Assembly: GCA_047617785.1 (NCBI GenBank) | Contig: JBLGBK010000003.1 | Coordinates: forward strand, 22,853 to 86,852 | Length of the DNA stretch: 64,000 nt | Reading direction: 5' to 3' | Source: Colwellia polaris | GTDB taxonomy: Archaea > Nanohalarchaeota > Nanosalinia > Nanosalinales > Nanosalinaceae | In this document: positions 25,817 through 36,159 of the stretch, piece after piece | Numbering within the stretch: the stretch's first letter is position 1 | Layout: each line of letters opens with the position of its first letter | The notes under the pieces: model-generated | The model's database searches: none | The model's input: the letters and a program-made list of their open reading frames with translations, nothing else | What the model was told of the DNA's origin: nothing | Made by a program: the position numbers and the translations under genes

Positions 25817-27661
25817 ATGGATTACGAAAATCTCGGCTTTAAATGTGGGATCGAAATACATCAACAGCTAGCAACAGAAACCAAACTCTTCTGCAACTGT
25901 CCAGTTGACATGGAAGACGAAGAAAAGGACTTCCAGGTTAGAAGGCAGTTAAAATCGGTCGCAGGAGAAAGCGGAGAACGAGACGAAGCCGCAGAAGTTG
26001 AATCAGAAAGCTCAAACATATTTTTGTACAACTACTACGCAAGAAACAACTGCCTGGTTGAACTAGACGAGGAACCGCCGCATAAACTCAATCAGGAAGC
26101 ACTTGATACAGCATTAACCTTCGCACGAATGATAGGTGCTAATATACCAAGTGAAATTCAGATAATGCGTAAAATAGTGGTTGATGGCTCCAATACGTCA
26201 GGATTCCAGAGAACAGCGATGGTAGGGCTTGATGGCGAACTAGAAACAGAGACGGGAAAAGTAGCTATCGATGATATTGAACTTGAAGAAGAGTCAGCAG
26301 GAATTCACAGCAGAAGCGCAGAAGAATCAGTATACGACCTCAATCGACTAGGAATACCGCTAGTCGAAGTAGGAACTGATGCATCAATCCAGAATCCAGA
26401 ACACGCACGCGAAGTCGCAAAAGAACTCGGAATGCTACTACGATCAACAGGCAAAGCACGTAGAGGAATAGGAACAATCAGACAGGACGTCAACGTATCA
26501 ATAGAAGACGGTGCACGTGTCGAAATCAAAGGATTCCAGGATGTAGAGAACATCGATAACTTGATTGAATTGGAAGTAACACGTCAGAAGAACCTTGTTG
26601 AACTAGGCCAAGAACTTGAAGAAAGCGAAGTACTTGTAGACAACGTAACACATCTTTTCGATGACTCAGATAACGAAATACTATCAACAGTACTAGGAAA
26701 TAATGGGGAGGTCTACGGCTTCAAACTGCCGCAGCTTGAAGGTAAGATGAAACAGATAATCTCGGGAGACCGATACCTAGCCAAAGAACTAGTCGACTAT
26801 GGGAAAAAATATGGAATCAACGGACTAATTCACACAGACGAAGATATAGAAGGCTATGGGCTCGAAACAGAGTTTAAGGAGCTTGCAGATACCTTTAAAC
26901 GAGAAGACGGGGATGTCCTCGCGATAATGGCGGGTCCAAAACAGAAGGTAAGAGCAGCCGCCAAAGCAGTTCGAGACCGAGCAGAAAAGATTTACAGAGG
27001 AGAAGTCCCTGAAGAAACACGCAACGCGGAACAGGACTTCACATCAACGTACCTCAGACCTCTTCCGGGAAGCGCACGAATGTATCCGGAGACAGATATA
27101 CAACCTGTCAAAATAACAGATGAAGAAATAGGAAAGATCGACCATAATCTGCCCGATACGCTAGAAGAACGCAGAGAAAAGTATGCGGAAGAAATCGGTG
27201 AAGAACTGGCCATACAGATCACAAGCAGCAGGAAGCTCAACACGTTTGAAGAACTCAAAGAGAGTCACGATATGAAGAATGCTGCAAATCTTCTGGTCAA
27301 CACTCTTCCACAGCTGGAAGATGACGGGGTGGCGGTTAATAGGCTTTCCACGGAAGATCTTAGCTATCTCCTGGACGCTCTTGAGAGCGATGAAATAAAG
27401 TCAGGAGAGTTAGAGAAGGCGGTAAGACTTTCAGTTGAATCTGGTCCTGAAGAAGCAGTTGAACGGATACAAGAGAACAGGGTGAGCGAAGATGAAATAC
27501 GTGAAGCAGTTCAAGAAGTAATCGATGAGAAACAGGACATGATTGAAGAACAGGGCGAGCACGCGCAGGGAGCTTTGATGGGATTAGTAATGCAGAAGGT
27601 TGAGGCCGACGGCTCAACGGTTTCAAGAATTCTATCCGAAGAACTGCAAGAGCACCTGTAA
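25817..27661 (+). CDS. gatE: Glu-tRNA(Gln) amidotransferase subunit E
   Basis: GIEIHQQL, DEEPPH, MRKIVVDGSNTSGFQRT, RG.GTIRQDVNVSI, RPLPGSARMYPETD. Confidence 0.97.
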   Translation: MDYENLGFKCGIEIHQQLATETKLFCNCPVDMEDEEKDFQVRRQLKSVAGESGERDEAAEVESESSNIFLYNYYARNNCLVELDEEPPHKLNQEALDTALTFARMIGANIPSEIQIMRKIVVDGSNTSGFQRTAMVGLDGELETETGKVAIDDIELEEESAGIHSRSAEESVYDLNRLGIPLVEVGTDASIQNPEHAREVAKELGMLLRSTGKARRGIGTIRQDVNVSIEDGARVEIKGFQDVENIDNLIELEVTRQKNLVELGQELEESEVLVDNVTHLFDDSDNEILSTVLGNNGEVYGFKLPQLEGKMKQIISGDRYLAKELVDYGKKYGINGLIHTDEDIEGYGLETEFKELADTFKREDGDVLAIMAGPKQKVRAAAKAVRDRAEKIYRGEVPEETRNAEQDFTSTYLRPLPGSARMYPETDIQPVKITDEEIGKIDHNLPDTLEERREKYAEEIGEELAIQITSSRKLNTFEELKESHDMKNAANLLVNTLPQLEDDGVAVNRLSTEDLSYLLDALESDEIKSGELEKAVRLSVESGPEEAVERIQENRVSEDEIREAVQEVIDEKQDMIEEQGEHAQGALMGLVMQKVEADGSTVSRILSEELQEHL

Positions 27662-27757
27662 ACCGATTCAAAACCGGTTTCAGTCAATCTTTTAAATTTT
27701 AACATACTTCTATTAAAACAAGTTCTACATTCTATTCAAGAGGTGTAAAAATAAACA

Positions 27758-29434
27758 ATGCCAGGATTCGGAAACAACCCGGTTTTCATCATGTCTGAAG
27801 ATGCCGAGAGGCAGCATGGTGAAGACGCACAGCAAGAAAATATCGAAGCATGCAAAACCGTAGGAAACTCAGTAAGAACTACTCTAGGTCCAAAAGGAAT
27901 GGATAAAATGATGGTCGACGGAGTAGGAGACCTAGTAGTCACCAACGACGGTGTAACAATACTAGAAGAAATGGATATTCAGCATCCAGCAGCCAAAATG
28001 ATGGTAGAAGTCGCACAGACCCAGGAAGAAGAAGTCGGCGATGGAACCACCACTGCAGTAGTTCTCGCAGGGGAACTGCTCAAACAGGCAGAAGATCTGC
28101 TGGATCAGGAAATCCATCCAACAATAATCACACAGGGATACCGACTCGCGCGAGAAAAAAGCATCCAGGTGCTTGAAGACATCTCAGAAGAAGTAGATAT
28201 CAACGATACTGAAACACTGGAGAAAGTAGCCAAGACAGCAATGACAGGCAAGTCAGCAGAAAGTTCACGCGACTACCTCTCAGAAATCACAGTCAGCGCT
28301 ATCAAACAGGTAGCAGAAGAGAAAAATGATAGCATCCTAATTGACAGAGACCAAATCAAGGTTGAAAAACAACAGGGAGGTACAATCGACGATACAGAAC
28401 TTGTAGAAGGAGTAATTCTCGATAAGGAGAAAGTGCATAGTGGGATGCCTAACACAGTTGAAGACAGCAATATAGCGCTTCTCAACACTGCAATCGAGGT
28501 CAAGGAGACAGAAACAGATGCAGAAATCAATATCTCCGATCCAAGCCAGATGAAAAACTTCGTAGAACAGGAAGAAGAACAATTGAAGGAAATGGTTGAA
28601 AAACTGGATGATGCAGGAGTAAACGTAGTATTCTGCAAGAAAGGAATCGATGACATCGCCCAGCACTACCTCGCCAAAAGAGGGATCCTCGCATTCAGAA
28701 GAGTCAGCAGCGGCGATCTAGAAAAGCTAAGCAAGGCAACAGGGGCAAATATCCTCACAAGCTTAGAAGATATCCAGGACTCCGATCTAGGAACAGCAGG
28801 AACAATTGAACACCGAATCGTCGGAGGAGACTCCATGACATTCGTCTACGACTGTCCAGAAGCCAAATCCGTCTCCATCCTCATCAGAGGAGGAACAGAA
28901 CACGTAATTGATGAAATTGAAAGGGCAGTAGAAGACGCAATCGGCGGAGTAAGCTCAGCTCTACAACACGGAAGAGTAGTCGGTGGAGGAGGAGCAACAG
29001 AAGTAGAACTAGCACGAGAACTTCGAGACTACGCAGACAGCGTAGGTGGAAGAGAACAGCTAGCAATCAACGCATTCGCGGACGCAATGGAAGTCATCCC
29101 ACGAACACTCGCAGAAAATGCAGGTCACGACCCAATCGATACACTCGTCGACCTCAGAAACAAACATGAGAAAGGAGAAGTATGGGCAGGAATCAACGTA
29201 ACAACAGGAGAAAGCGATGCCCTATTCGATCAAGGAGTAGTAGAACCACGACAGACCAAGACACAGGCAGTACAATCCGCCAGCGAAGCAGCAGAAATGA
29301 TTCTCAGAATCGACGACGTAATCTCTGCATCAGGATTTGACAGCGATGGTGGAGATTCAGGAGGACCTCCAGCTGGCGGCCCAGGCGGCGGAATGCCTGG
29401 TGGCGGCATGGGAGGAATGGGCGGCATGATGTAA
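27758..29434 (+). CDS. ths: Thermosome (group II chaperonin) subunit
   Basis: [30 protein letters not shown] tail. Confidence 0.98.
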   Translation: MPGFGNNPVFIMSEDAERQHGEDAQQENIEACKTVGNSVRTTLGPKGMDKMMVDGVGDLVVTNDGVTILEEMDIQHPAAKMMVEVAQTQEEEVGDGTTTAVVLAGELLKQAEDLLDQEIHPTIITQGYRLAREKSIQVLEDISEEVDINDTETLEKVAKTAMTGKSAESSRDYLSEITVSAIKQVAEEKNDSILIDRDQIKVEKQQGGTIDDTELVEGVILDKEKVHSGMPNTVEDSNIALLNTAIEVKETETDAEINISDPSQMKNFVEQEEEQLKEMVEKLDDAGVNVVFCKKGIDDIAQHYLAKRGILAFRRVSSGDLEKLSKATGANILTSLEDIQDSDLGTAGTIEHRIVGGDSMTFVYDCPEAKSVSILIRGGTEHVIDEIERAVEDAIGGVSSALQHGRVVGGGGATEVELARELRDYADSVGGREQLAINAFADAMEVIPRTLAENAGHDPIDTLVDLRNKHEKGEVWAGINVTTGESDALFDQGVVEPRQTKTQAVQSASEAAEMILRIDDVISASGFDSDGGDSGGPPAGGPGGGMPGGGMGGMGGMM

Positions 29435-29549
29435 AAACCGTCTCAACACCCTATATCTTTCTTCTATCTATATTTTTCTTTCATCTATTCTCCATTGGTT
29501 ATAAATACAGGCTCCGGGAATATTGGAATACAAGAGGTTTTCTAAAAAC

Positions 29550-30317
29550 ATGTCAGACCGATCAGATAACGAGGTTGAAATAAACCACGGTAACGGCGAT
29601 GATTACGAAGTTGTCCCTGTAGGACCAATCAAGAAACTGGAAAGAAGAATTGACGAGATGGAGCAACAAAACCAACAGGGAGGCGGTGCTGCCGGAGATC
29701 GTATGGTCAGCGATATGATGGAAATAATGAAAACTAACCAGAAGATCGTCAACGACATGACTGAGTCAACACACGAACTGAAGAACTCGGTAGAAGATCT
29801 CACACACAAAATGGATGAAGTAGTAGATAACATGAACAGCTTCATGGATCTTCTTACAGAGGCTTCTGAAGTAGATATGGAAGGAGAAGTCATGGGAGAC
29901 ATGGAAAGCCGAATCTCCAAAGCAATCGGCGACGAAATGCAAGACGTAGCTGAGGATATTAAACAGTCTAATCAAAAAGTCGTTGAGAATTTAGACAATA
30001 TTAATGAGAGTTTGAGAAGAGCTTATGCTTCTCAGGATAGTCAAGATTTCTCGCCTCAAAATAGTAGTAACTCTAGCCCGTCGGGTTCTCCACAGAACCG
30101 GCAAAAATCTGCTAGCTCTTCATCGACTAATTCGGTTAATAGAGCTTCTCAAAGTTCGGGAAGTTCCCATCAGCGAAGTAGCAGCTCATCTATTCAGTCA
30201 ACGTCAGGCAGTTCTACTCAGAGTCAAGGTTCGGGGAATGGTAACAGTGATTTAGGCAGTATAGGTAATGATTCTGACCGTATGGAAAAGTTGAAGAAGA
30301 AGTTTTCTGAAGAATGA
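29550..30317 (+). CDS. Hypothetical coiled-coil protein with Ser/Gln-rich disordered tail, coupled to first pilin
   Basis: ATG at 29550 preceded by GAGGT; stop overlaps pilin start (ATGA). Confidence 0.75.
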   Translation: MSDRSDNEVEINHGNGDDYEVVPVGPIKKLERRIDEMEQQNQQGGGAAGDRMVSDMMEIMKTNQKIVNDMTESTHELKNSVEDLTHKMDEVVDNMNSFMDLLTEASEVDMEGEVMGDMESRISKAIGDEMQDVAEDIKQSNQKVVENLDNINESLRRAYASQDSQDFSPQNSSNSSPSGSPQNRQKSASSSSTNSVNRASQSSGSSHQRSSSSSIQSTSGSSTQSQGSGNGNSDLGSIGNDSDRMEKLKKKFSEE

Positions 30318-30808
30318 TGGATAGAAAAGGAGTTACTCCTGTAGTTGCAACAGTACTTTTGATATCTATAGGTATAGCAGCAGTAGGTACTGCCGGAGTT
30401 TTTCTCCAGGATATTGGAGATACTCTTAGAGAGAATGCTAACGATAGGATAGCAGGTGAGAACCGGATAGAGAATTCTGATATCTCTATAGAATATGCTT
30501 TTGAAAATGCTGACGGAGATATAGCTCTTGATGTTAGAAATACAGGTTCTACTAATTTAGAAGTTAAAGAAGATGGTGACGACTTATGGAATATCTATAT
30601 TGAGGGGCGTCCTCAAGGCTCGTGGGAACTATCTGATACTGCTCTTGATAATTCGGATGATGTCGATTTATCGCCTCAAGAACAGCTCAGAATAGATACA
30701 AATGAAGACTATCCTTCTACGGGGAACTCTAAAAGGGTCCAGGTATCAGGAATTTATGAAACACAGTCATCAATAATTTGCTCCTATAATGACGATGGGA
30801 GCTGCTAG
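30314..30808 (+). CDS. Type IV pilin (class III signal peptide)
   Basis: MMDRKG|VTPVVATVLLISI; VRNTG Ig-like motif; C-terminal Cys pair. Confidence 0.9.
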   Translation: MMDRKGVTPVVATVLLISIGIAAVGTAGVFLQDIGDTLRENANDRIAGENRIENSDISIEYAFENADGDIALDVRNTGSTNLEVKEDGDDLWNIYIEGRPQGSWELSDTALDNSDDVDLSPQEQLRIDTNEDYPSTGNSKRVQVSGIYETQSSIICSYNDDGSC

Positions 30809-30825
30809 AGGCAGTAATGACTTAG

Positions 30826-30834
30826 TTATATAAA
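30826..30834 (+). promoter_or_regulatory. TATA box of the probable major pilin gene
   Basis: TTATATAAA ~35 nt upstream of the 30869 start. Confidence 0.55.
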
Positions 30835-30868
30835 CCGTTTAACACTATGAAATTTATAGAGAGATATT

Positions 30869-31399
30869 ATGTTTGATATGAAAAATAGAAAGGGTATTAC
30901 GCCCGTAATCGCGATTGTCCTACTCCTTATGGTTACAGTAGGAGCGGTCGGAGTGGTTTACACACAGTTCCAGTCACTTGTAGGTGATCCTGCAGATGAA
31001 GTGGGTAATCAGCAGCAAGTGCAGAACACAGAACTGTCAATCCGACCTTATCTCAACGACGATGATGATACCATCAACATCACGGTAGAAAATACCGGTG
31101 ACGAGTCATTTGTCCTTAACGAGACAATGAGAATTACCTACGCTCCAGATGGAGAAAACTCTGGATTCGAGTATGGTAGTGCAGACGGTATTGGAAATCT
31201 TGTTGCCGCTGGAGGAACAACGCCTCTATGTCACAACGATGACACCACTATGGATCCTGGAGATACCGTAGACTGTAATACCGGTATTCAATATCCGGAA
31301 GCAACTTCGTCCGTAGGAATCATCATCGAGTTTAGAGGAGAGGAAAAATCTTGGTCAGAAACCTGTGATCCAGAGAATTCTGACTCGCTGACTTGTTAA
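30869..31399 (+). CDS. Type IV pilin, probable major subunit
   Basis: NRKG|ITPVIAIVLLLMVTVGAVG; VENTG; four Cys; own TATA box and downstream T-rich tract. Confidence 0.92.
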   Translation: MFDMKNRKGITPVIAIVLLLMVTVGAVGVVYTQFQSLVGDPADEVGNQQQVQNTELSIRPYLNDDDDTINITVENTGDESFVLNETMRITYAPDGENSGFEYGSADGIGNLVAAGGTTPLCHNDDTTMDPGDTVDCNTGIQYPEATSSVGIIIEFRGEEKSWSETCDPENSDSLTC

Positions 31400-31410
31400 A
31401 AAGTCGGATC

Positions 31411-31452
31411 TTATCTTTCCCCTTCGATTCTTTTTCCCCTTTATTTTATATT
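31411..31452 (+). terminator. Pyrimidine/T-rich terminator after pilin
   Basis: TTATCTTTCCCCTTCGATTCTTTTTCCCCTTTATTTTATATT directly after stop. Confidence 0.5.
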
Positions 31453-31476
31453 CGGTTAAGTGCCTACACTTACTGT

Positions 31477-32139
31477 ATGAAGGTAGGCCAGACTCAGGCT
31501 GTAACTGCAGTAATTATTACAGGGATAACTCTAAGCGCAGTATCTGCGACATATATATGGGGTACTCCTATACTGGAGAAAAGACAAAGTCAGCAGCAGT
31601 TGGTCCAGACTGAAGACCAGGTCAGGTCTCTTTATCAATCAATTGATTCAATCAGTAATAGCGGTGAAGGTACTACAGAGACTTTAGAGTTTGATTTTTC
31701 AGAGGATGCAAATATTCGTTTAAACGAATCAGGCAATTATATTGAAGTTAGTACTTCTGCTAGTAGTTCTCCGTATGCTAAAGGTACGTGGTTCCTTTTG
31801 GAAGGTGAGAGGCTGCAAGGATTATCTATAGGCGAAGGGACTTACGCAAGACGAGGTCAAGATCAGCCAGGGGTTATAGCGTTAAGAGCTACTGGCGATA
31901 GCAATGTTCAGTTAAGTTATCGTGTTGAGTTCAGAAATATGTATACTGAAACTGCATCTGGAAATAGACTTGAACAAGTCGATCTGCAATCTGTACGAGG
32001 GGATACGGCTACTGGAGATACCGAGGTAGTTATTTCCAATGAAGGAACTGAGATAGATAGTGGTTCAGAAGCAGTAGACACAGAAACCGGAGAGACTATA
32101 GATCGTGAAAGAACTGTTGTAACTGTAGAGTTCCGGTAA
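31477..32139 (+). CDS. Minor pilin-like protein
   Basis: Start moved to ATG 31477: MKVG|QTQAVTAVIITGI...WG.PI. Confidence 0.82.
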   Translation: MKVGQTQAVTAVIITGITLSAVSATYIWGTPILEKRQSQQQLVQTEDQVRSLYQSIDSISNSGEGTTETLEFDFSEDANIRLNESGNYIEVSTSASSSPYAKGTWFLLEGERLQGLSIGEGTYARRGQDQPGVIALRATGDSNVQLSYRVEFRNMYTETASGNRLEQVDLQSVRGDTATGDTEVVISNEGTEIDSGSEAVDTETGETIDRERTVVTVEFR

Positions 32140-32160
32140 TATCTGAAGAGGTCGAGAATT

Positions 32161-32565
32161 TTGAAAGGACAGTATTTGGCCGTAGAATATATTTTTGTCA
32201 TAGGTCTAAGTTTGATACTTGTTATAGCTTCGGTAGGTTTATTTAACGCCTATCGTGAGGAGGTTGTAGAGACCTCTATTGATGGTCAAACTGATATTGT
32301 TGCCTCCAAGATGAGCGTTCAACTGTATAATTTGAAGCAGCATGAACAAGGTACTGTTGAGAAGACTATTCAGTTACCGGAATCTATGGGTGATAGAGAC
32401 TATGAAATTATTCTTGCTAATCCGTCGAACTTGATAATAGATATTCAAGGAGAAGAATACTCCTATGAATTTCCTTCACTTTCTGACTATGACTTCAGCG
32501 GTGATGCCGAAGGAGGAGACATAACTTTATACAAAAACAATAACCAGATAAGTATAGCAGGGTGA
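32161..32565 (+). CDS. Minor pilin-like protein
   Basis: TTG start, MKG|QYLAVEYIFVIG; LP..MG...Y.I motif. Confidence 0.82.
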   Translation: MKGQYLAVEYIFVIGLSLILVIASVGLFNAYREEVVETSIDGQTDIVASKMSVQLYNLKQHEQGTVEKTIQLPESMGDRDYEIILANPSNLIIDIQGEEYSYEFPSLSDYDFSGDAEGGDITLYKNNNQISIAG

Positions 32566-32571
32566 AAAAAT

Positions 32572-34269
32572 ATGAATATGCATGGACTAGTTGAACGTCT
32601 TAGAAGAGTAAGGCACCCAGAGTGGTATGAGGAAGAGGAAGAAGAGAATACACATCAAGAAGGGGTAAGTCTTCCTGCACCAGGTAAGTTTTCACCGGAA
32701 ATGGTCGATGAGGGAGAAGCCTCAGCTGACTTAACAGATGTTGACACCACATATCCTCTAGTACCAGAAGATCCGGATAAAGGCGAAATAGTCTATGCTT
32801 GGGCTCATATAAAATGGGATGAGGAAGCAGGAGAAGTTATATACCATATAATAGAACCTGAGCTTACAGAAGAGACTGAGAAAACTCTTGATAAGATAAG
32901 CCAAATTATGGAGAGAAGCTTCGATGTAACATTCAATGATATGGAGAGCCAAGAAGCAGAGGAATATCTCGAAGAGAAAATAGACATGATTGTTGATAAA
33001 TATGATATCTCTATTGATGATGAGCAGCGAGAAGTAATCAGATACTACACTAAAAGAGACTTTGCGGGACTAGGCAAGCTACAACCGCTAATGAATGATA
33101 CAGAAGTCGAAGATATATCTTGTGACGGGAGCGGCATACCGGTATATGCTTATCACCGAAATCCACGTTTTGGATCGGTTAAGACTAGTATAACCTGGGA
33201 GGATAAAGGTGAACTTGACGAGTTCGTCATGAAACTAGCACAGAGGTGTGGAAAGTCTGTCTCTGTTTCCAGTCCTTTACTTGATGGATCGCTGCCAGAT
33301 GGTTCTCGTGTGCAGGCAACGTTAGCGACTGATATTGCCCGCAAAGGATCTAACTTCACCGTTCGACGGTTTACAGAGGATCCATTAACACCTATCCATA
33401 TGATGGATTATGAAACTGAAAATGCCCAGATGCTTAGCTATCTTTGGACGCTTGTAGAACATGGAAAGTCTATACTTGTATGTGGAACTACCGGAGCAGG
33501 TAAAACTTCGCAGTTGAACTCTCTAAGTCTGTTTATCAAACCTGAAAAAAAGATTGTATCTATTGAGGATACTCCTGAGTTACGGCTTCCTCACGATCAC
33601 TGGGTGCCTGAAGTCGCCCGTTCAGGATTCGGATCCTCAGCTGAAGAAGGCGGAGAGGTATCAATGGATGACCTGCTTAAGGAATCTTTACGTCAGCGAC
33701 CTGAATATATTATCGTCGGAGAGGTTCGAGGAGAAGAAGCATACATACTTTTCCAGCAGATGGCAACAGGACACACAGGACTGTCTACGATCCACGCAGA
33801 TTCACTTGACATGCTTATGGACAGGCTTACAACCGATCCGATCGACCTTTCTCCATCATTGATTGAGACATTGGATATGGTTATGCTGATTAAACGTATC
33901 CGGCGTGGAGGAAGCTACATCCGACGTATTACAGGACTTCATGAGATCCGAGGCTATGATGAGCGTACAGGTATTGATGAGAATCAGGTATTTGGATGGG
34001 ATCCGGGAGAGGATGAGTATATTGTGAAGAATAACTCTCTGATTCTAAAGGATATTGCTGATCAGAGCGGTATGGATTACACCGATCTCCAGGATGAACT
34101 CCGTAATCGCCAGCATGTCTTGAGTTGGATGCAAGAGGAGCAACACAAACATTACCGAAAAGTTGGTGACATTATTTCACGTTATTATTCTAATCCTGAA
34201 TCAATTCTGGAGAGAGTTGGGCAAACATTTAATTCAAATAAAGACGAATTAGAAGTCAAGGATGCTTAG
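32572..34269 (+). CDS. Type IV pilus assembly ATPase (TadA/VirB11/FlaI family)
   Basis: VEDISCDG, LPDGSRV, G.TGAGKT, IEDTPEL, LRQRPEYIIVGEVRG, TGH.GLSTIHA. Confidence 0.96.
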   Translation: MNMHGLVERLRRVRHPEWYEEEEEENTHQEGVSLPAPGKFSPEMVDEGEASADLTDVDTTYPLVPEDPDKGEIVYAWAHIKWDEEAGEVIYHIIEPELTEETEKTLDKISQIMERSFDVTFNDMESQEAEEYLEEKIDMIVDKYDISIDDEQREVIRYYTKRDFAGLGKLQPLMNDTEVEDISCDGSGIPVYAYHRNPRFGSVKTSITWEDKGELDEFVMKLAQRCGKSVSVSSPLLDGSLPDGSRVQATLATDIARKGSNFTVRRFTEDPLTPIHMMDYETENAQMLSYLWTLVEHGKSILVCGTTGAGKTSQLNSLSLFIKPEKKIVSIEDTPELRLPHDHWVPEVARSGFGSSAEEGGEVSMDDLLKESLRQRPEYIIVGEVRGEEAYILFQQMATGHTGLSTIHADSLDMLMDRLTTDPIDLSPSLIETLDMVMLIKRIRRGGSYIRRITGLHEIRGYDERTGIDENQVFGWDPGEDEYIVKNNSLILKDIADQSGMDYTDLQDELRNRQHVLSWMQEEQHKHYRKVGDIISRYYSNPESILERVGQTFNSNKDELEVKDA

Positions 34270-35134
34270 AAAGTACGCCAACTTATGCTATAATTTAGTA
34301 GGCAGCTTTGTGCTTCCATATGTGGATCTTTTTGAGGGTTTAAGACCTCAAATATCGAAAGCAGATATAGAGGTATCGCTGCCAGAGTATGTAAGCTTGA
34401 TGTTTGCTACTTCCGGATTTGTATCTTTGTTTATATTTTTAGTTGTTGGCACCCTGCTTCTGTTGTCTCAAGGTATTTCTGGCATAATATTAGCCTTAAC
34501 ACTTTCTATAGTATCTGGCGCGGCGACAATTATAGGTTTCTACATCTATCCTTCTTTGATAAAGTCAAGTAGAGCTTCTGAGATCCGAGACACTCTGCCT
34601 TTTGCTACTATGTATCTCTCTACCTTGGCCGGTACTGGTACTTCTTTACCGGAGATTTTCTCAAATCTTGCAGAGGTAGAGGAGTACGGAGAAGTTGCAC
34701 GGGAGGCTGAGAAGATTGATAGAGATATTAAGACATTTGGTATGGATGCAAGTAAAGCAATTCAAAGAGCAGCTGAGAGAACCCCTAGTGAAGATTTTCG
34801 AGAGCTTATGTGGGGTCTTAACCATGTTTTGACGACAGGAGGAACTCTTAGAGACTTTCTACAGGAACGTGCAAGCCGTTTAATGGATGATTATGAAAGA
34901 AGAGTGGAAGAATTTGCAGATTCACTATCTTTATTGGTGGAAATGTATATTACTGTTGTAATTGTAGGTTCAATTGTATTTACATCAATGTCCGCAGTTA
35001 TGACAACTTTTACAGATCTTTCTCCTAGTGTAATTGTAACAATACAGATGCTTCTTATCTTCTTTGGGCTGCCATTAATTTCAGGCATGTTCATACTTCT
35101 TGTACAAGGTCTATCGCCGGGTGGAGTACAATGA
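34262..35134 (+). CDS. Pilus membrane platform protein (TadC/T2SS-F family)
   Basis: TM helices; LPFA..YLSTLA..G, YGEV..E, TPS..F. Confidence 0.92.
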   Translation: MLRKYANLCYNLVGSFVLPYVDLFEGLRPQISKADIEVSLPEYVSLMFATSGFVSLFIFLVVGTLLLLSQGISGIILALTLSIVSGAATIIGFYIYPSLIKSSRASEIRDTLPFATMYLSTLAGTGTSLPEIFSNLAEVEEYGEVAREAEKIDRDIKTFGMDASKAIQRAAERTPSEDFRELMWGLNHVLTTGGTLRDFLQERASRLMDDYERRVEEFADSLSLLVEMYITVVIVGSIVFTSMSAVMTTFTDLSPSVIVTIQMLLIFFGLPLISGMFILLVQGLSPGGVQ

Positions 35135-36159
35135 TTGACTTTTTCCAAGACGAGAAACTGGAGGCAGGATGGTCTATTGAGGATAAAATCCTCTTTATAT
35201 CAATTTCATTAGGTATTGTTCTTGTAGGATCAGGTCTCTTAACCTATGCTGCTTTAGGGCCGCAGCTAGGTGGTGCGATACTCATCTTTGGTTTAATAAT
35301 GTCGGTCTTACCTTACTCTGGCTACTCGTTCTTGAAAAATAGGGCAATTAGGGAAATAGAAAACCAGTTCCCTTCATTTTTGAACGACCTTGCTGAATCT
35401 AAGAGAGGAGGTATGACTCTATTAAGAGCTCTCGAGTCAGCAAGAGAGTCTGACTATGGAAGACTGAATAACGAGATAGAGAAAGTTCATAACCAAATGA
35501 CCTGGGGCGTGCCGTTTCCTGAAGTAATGGAAAGATTTTCCAGGAGAATGAGCGCTTCCTCAGTTGTTCAGCAATCTTTGTCTATCATTATTCAGAGCTT
35601 TCAGAGCGGAGGAAACATAACTGCTACTATTGAATCGGTCGCAGAGGATGCAGATCAACTTAGAGAAGTTATTCAAGAGAAAGATGCTCAGCTTAAACAA
35701 CAGCTCGTTATCATGTATGTTATTTTCTTCCTGTTCATAGGAATAACAGTAGGAATATATTTCCTGCTTGGACAGCTGTTAGGTCTAGGTTCTCCAGATG
35801 CAGGAGCACTCTCTGGAATAGGAGAGGTAATAGGTAGCGGCGGAAACACTGATGTAAACTTCTGTAATGGCAACATACAAACAGCTACTCCGTTCTGCCA
35901 AACTGCTAGAATATTCGGTTTTGTACCTTCTGATATAGCACTTACGTCTCAACAAGCAGAAGACAGAAGTTATGGTAATATGGCCTACTATAAATCACTT
36001 CTTTTCCTTATGCTAATAGTTCAAGGTATGTGTACTGCTGCAGTAGCAGGTCAGATAAAGGAAGGAAGCCCTAGCGGAGGGGTAAAGCATGCTCTAATAA
36101 TGCTTCCTTTAGCACTTGTTGTATATATGGTAGTGGTAGCTCCTGCAGGTGTAAGCTGA
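35131..36159 (+). CDS. Pilus membrane platform protein (TadB/C, T2SS-F family)
   Basis: IE.QFP.FL.DLAES.R.GM, DYG.L, WGVPF, QG...AGQIKEGS...G.KH. Confidence 0.92.
   Translation: MIDFFQDEKLEAGWSIEDKILFISISLGIVLVGSGLLTYAALGPQLGGAILIFGLIMSVLPYSGYSFLKNRAIREIENQFPSFLNDLAESKRGGMTLLRALESARESDYGRLNNEIEKVHNQMTWGVPFPEVMERFSRRMSASSVVQQSLSIIIQSFQSGGNITATIESVAEDADQLREVIQEKDAQLKQQLVIMYVIFFLFIGITVGIYFLLGQLLGLGSPDAGALSGIGEVIGSGGNTDVNFCNGNIQTATPFCQTARIFGFVPSDIALTSQQAEDRSYGNMAYYKSLLFLMLIVQGMCTAAVAGQIKEGSPSGGVKHALIMLPLALVVYMVVVAPAGVS

Noticed and set aside
29370-29434. GGC/GGA/ATG repeats
   Set aside because: Ordinary GGM tail of chaperonins
30314-36159. Archaellum operon
   Set aside because: No FlaH/FlaF/FlaG, platform split into two TadC-like genes, and pilins lack the archaellin GIGTLIVFIA N-terminus
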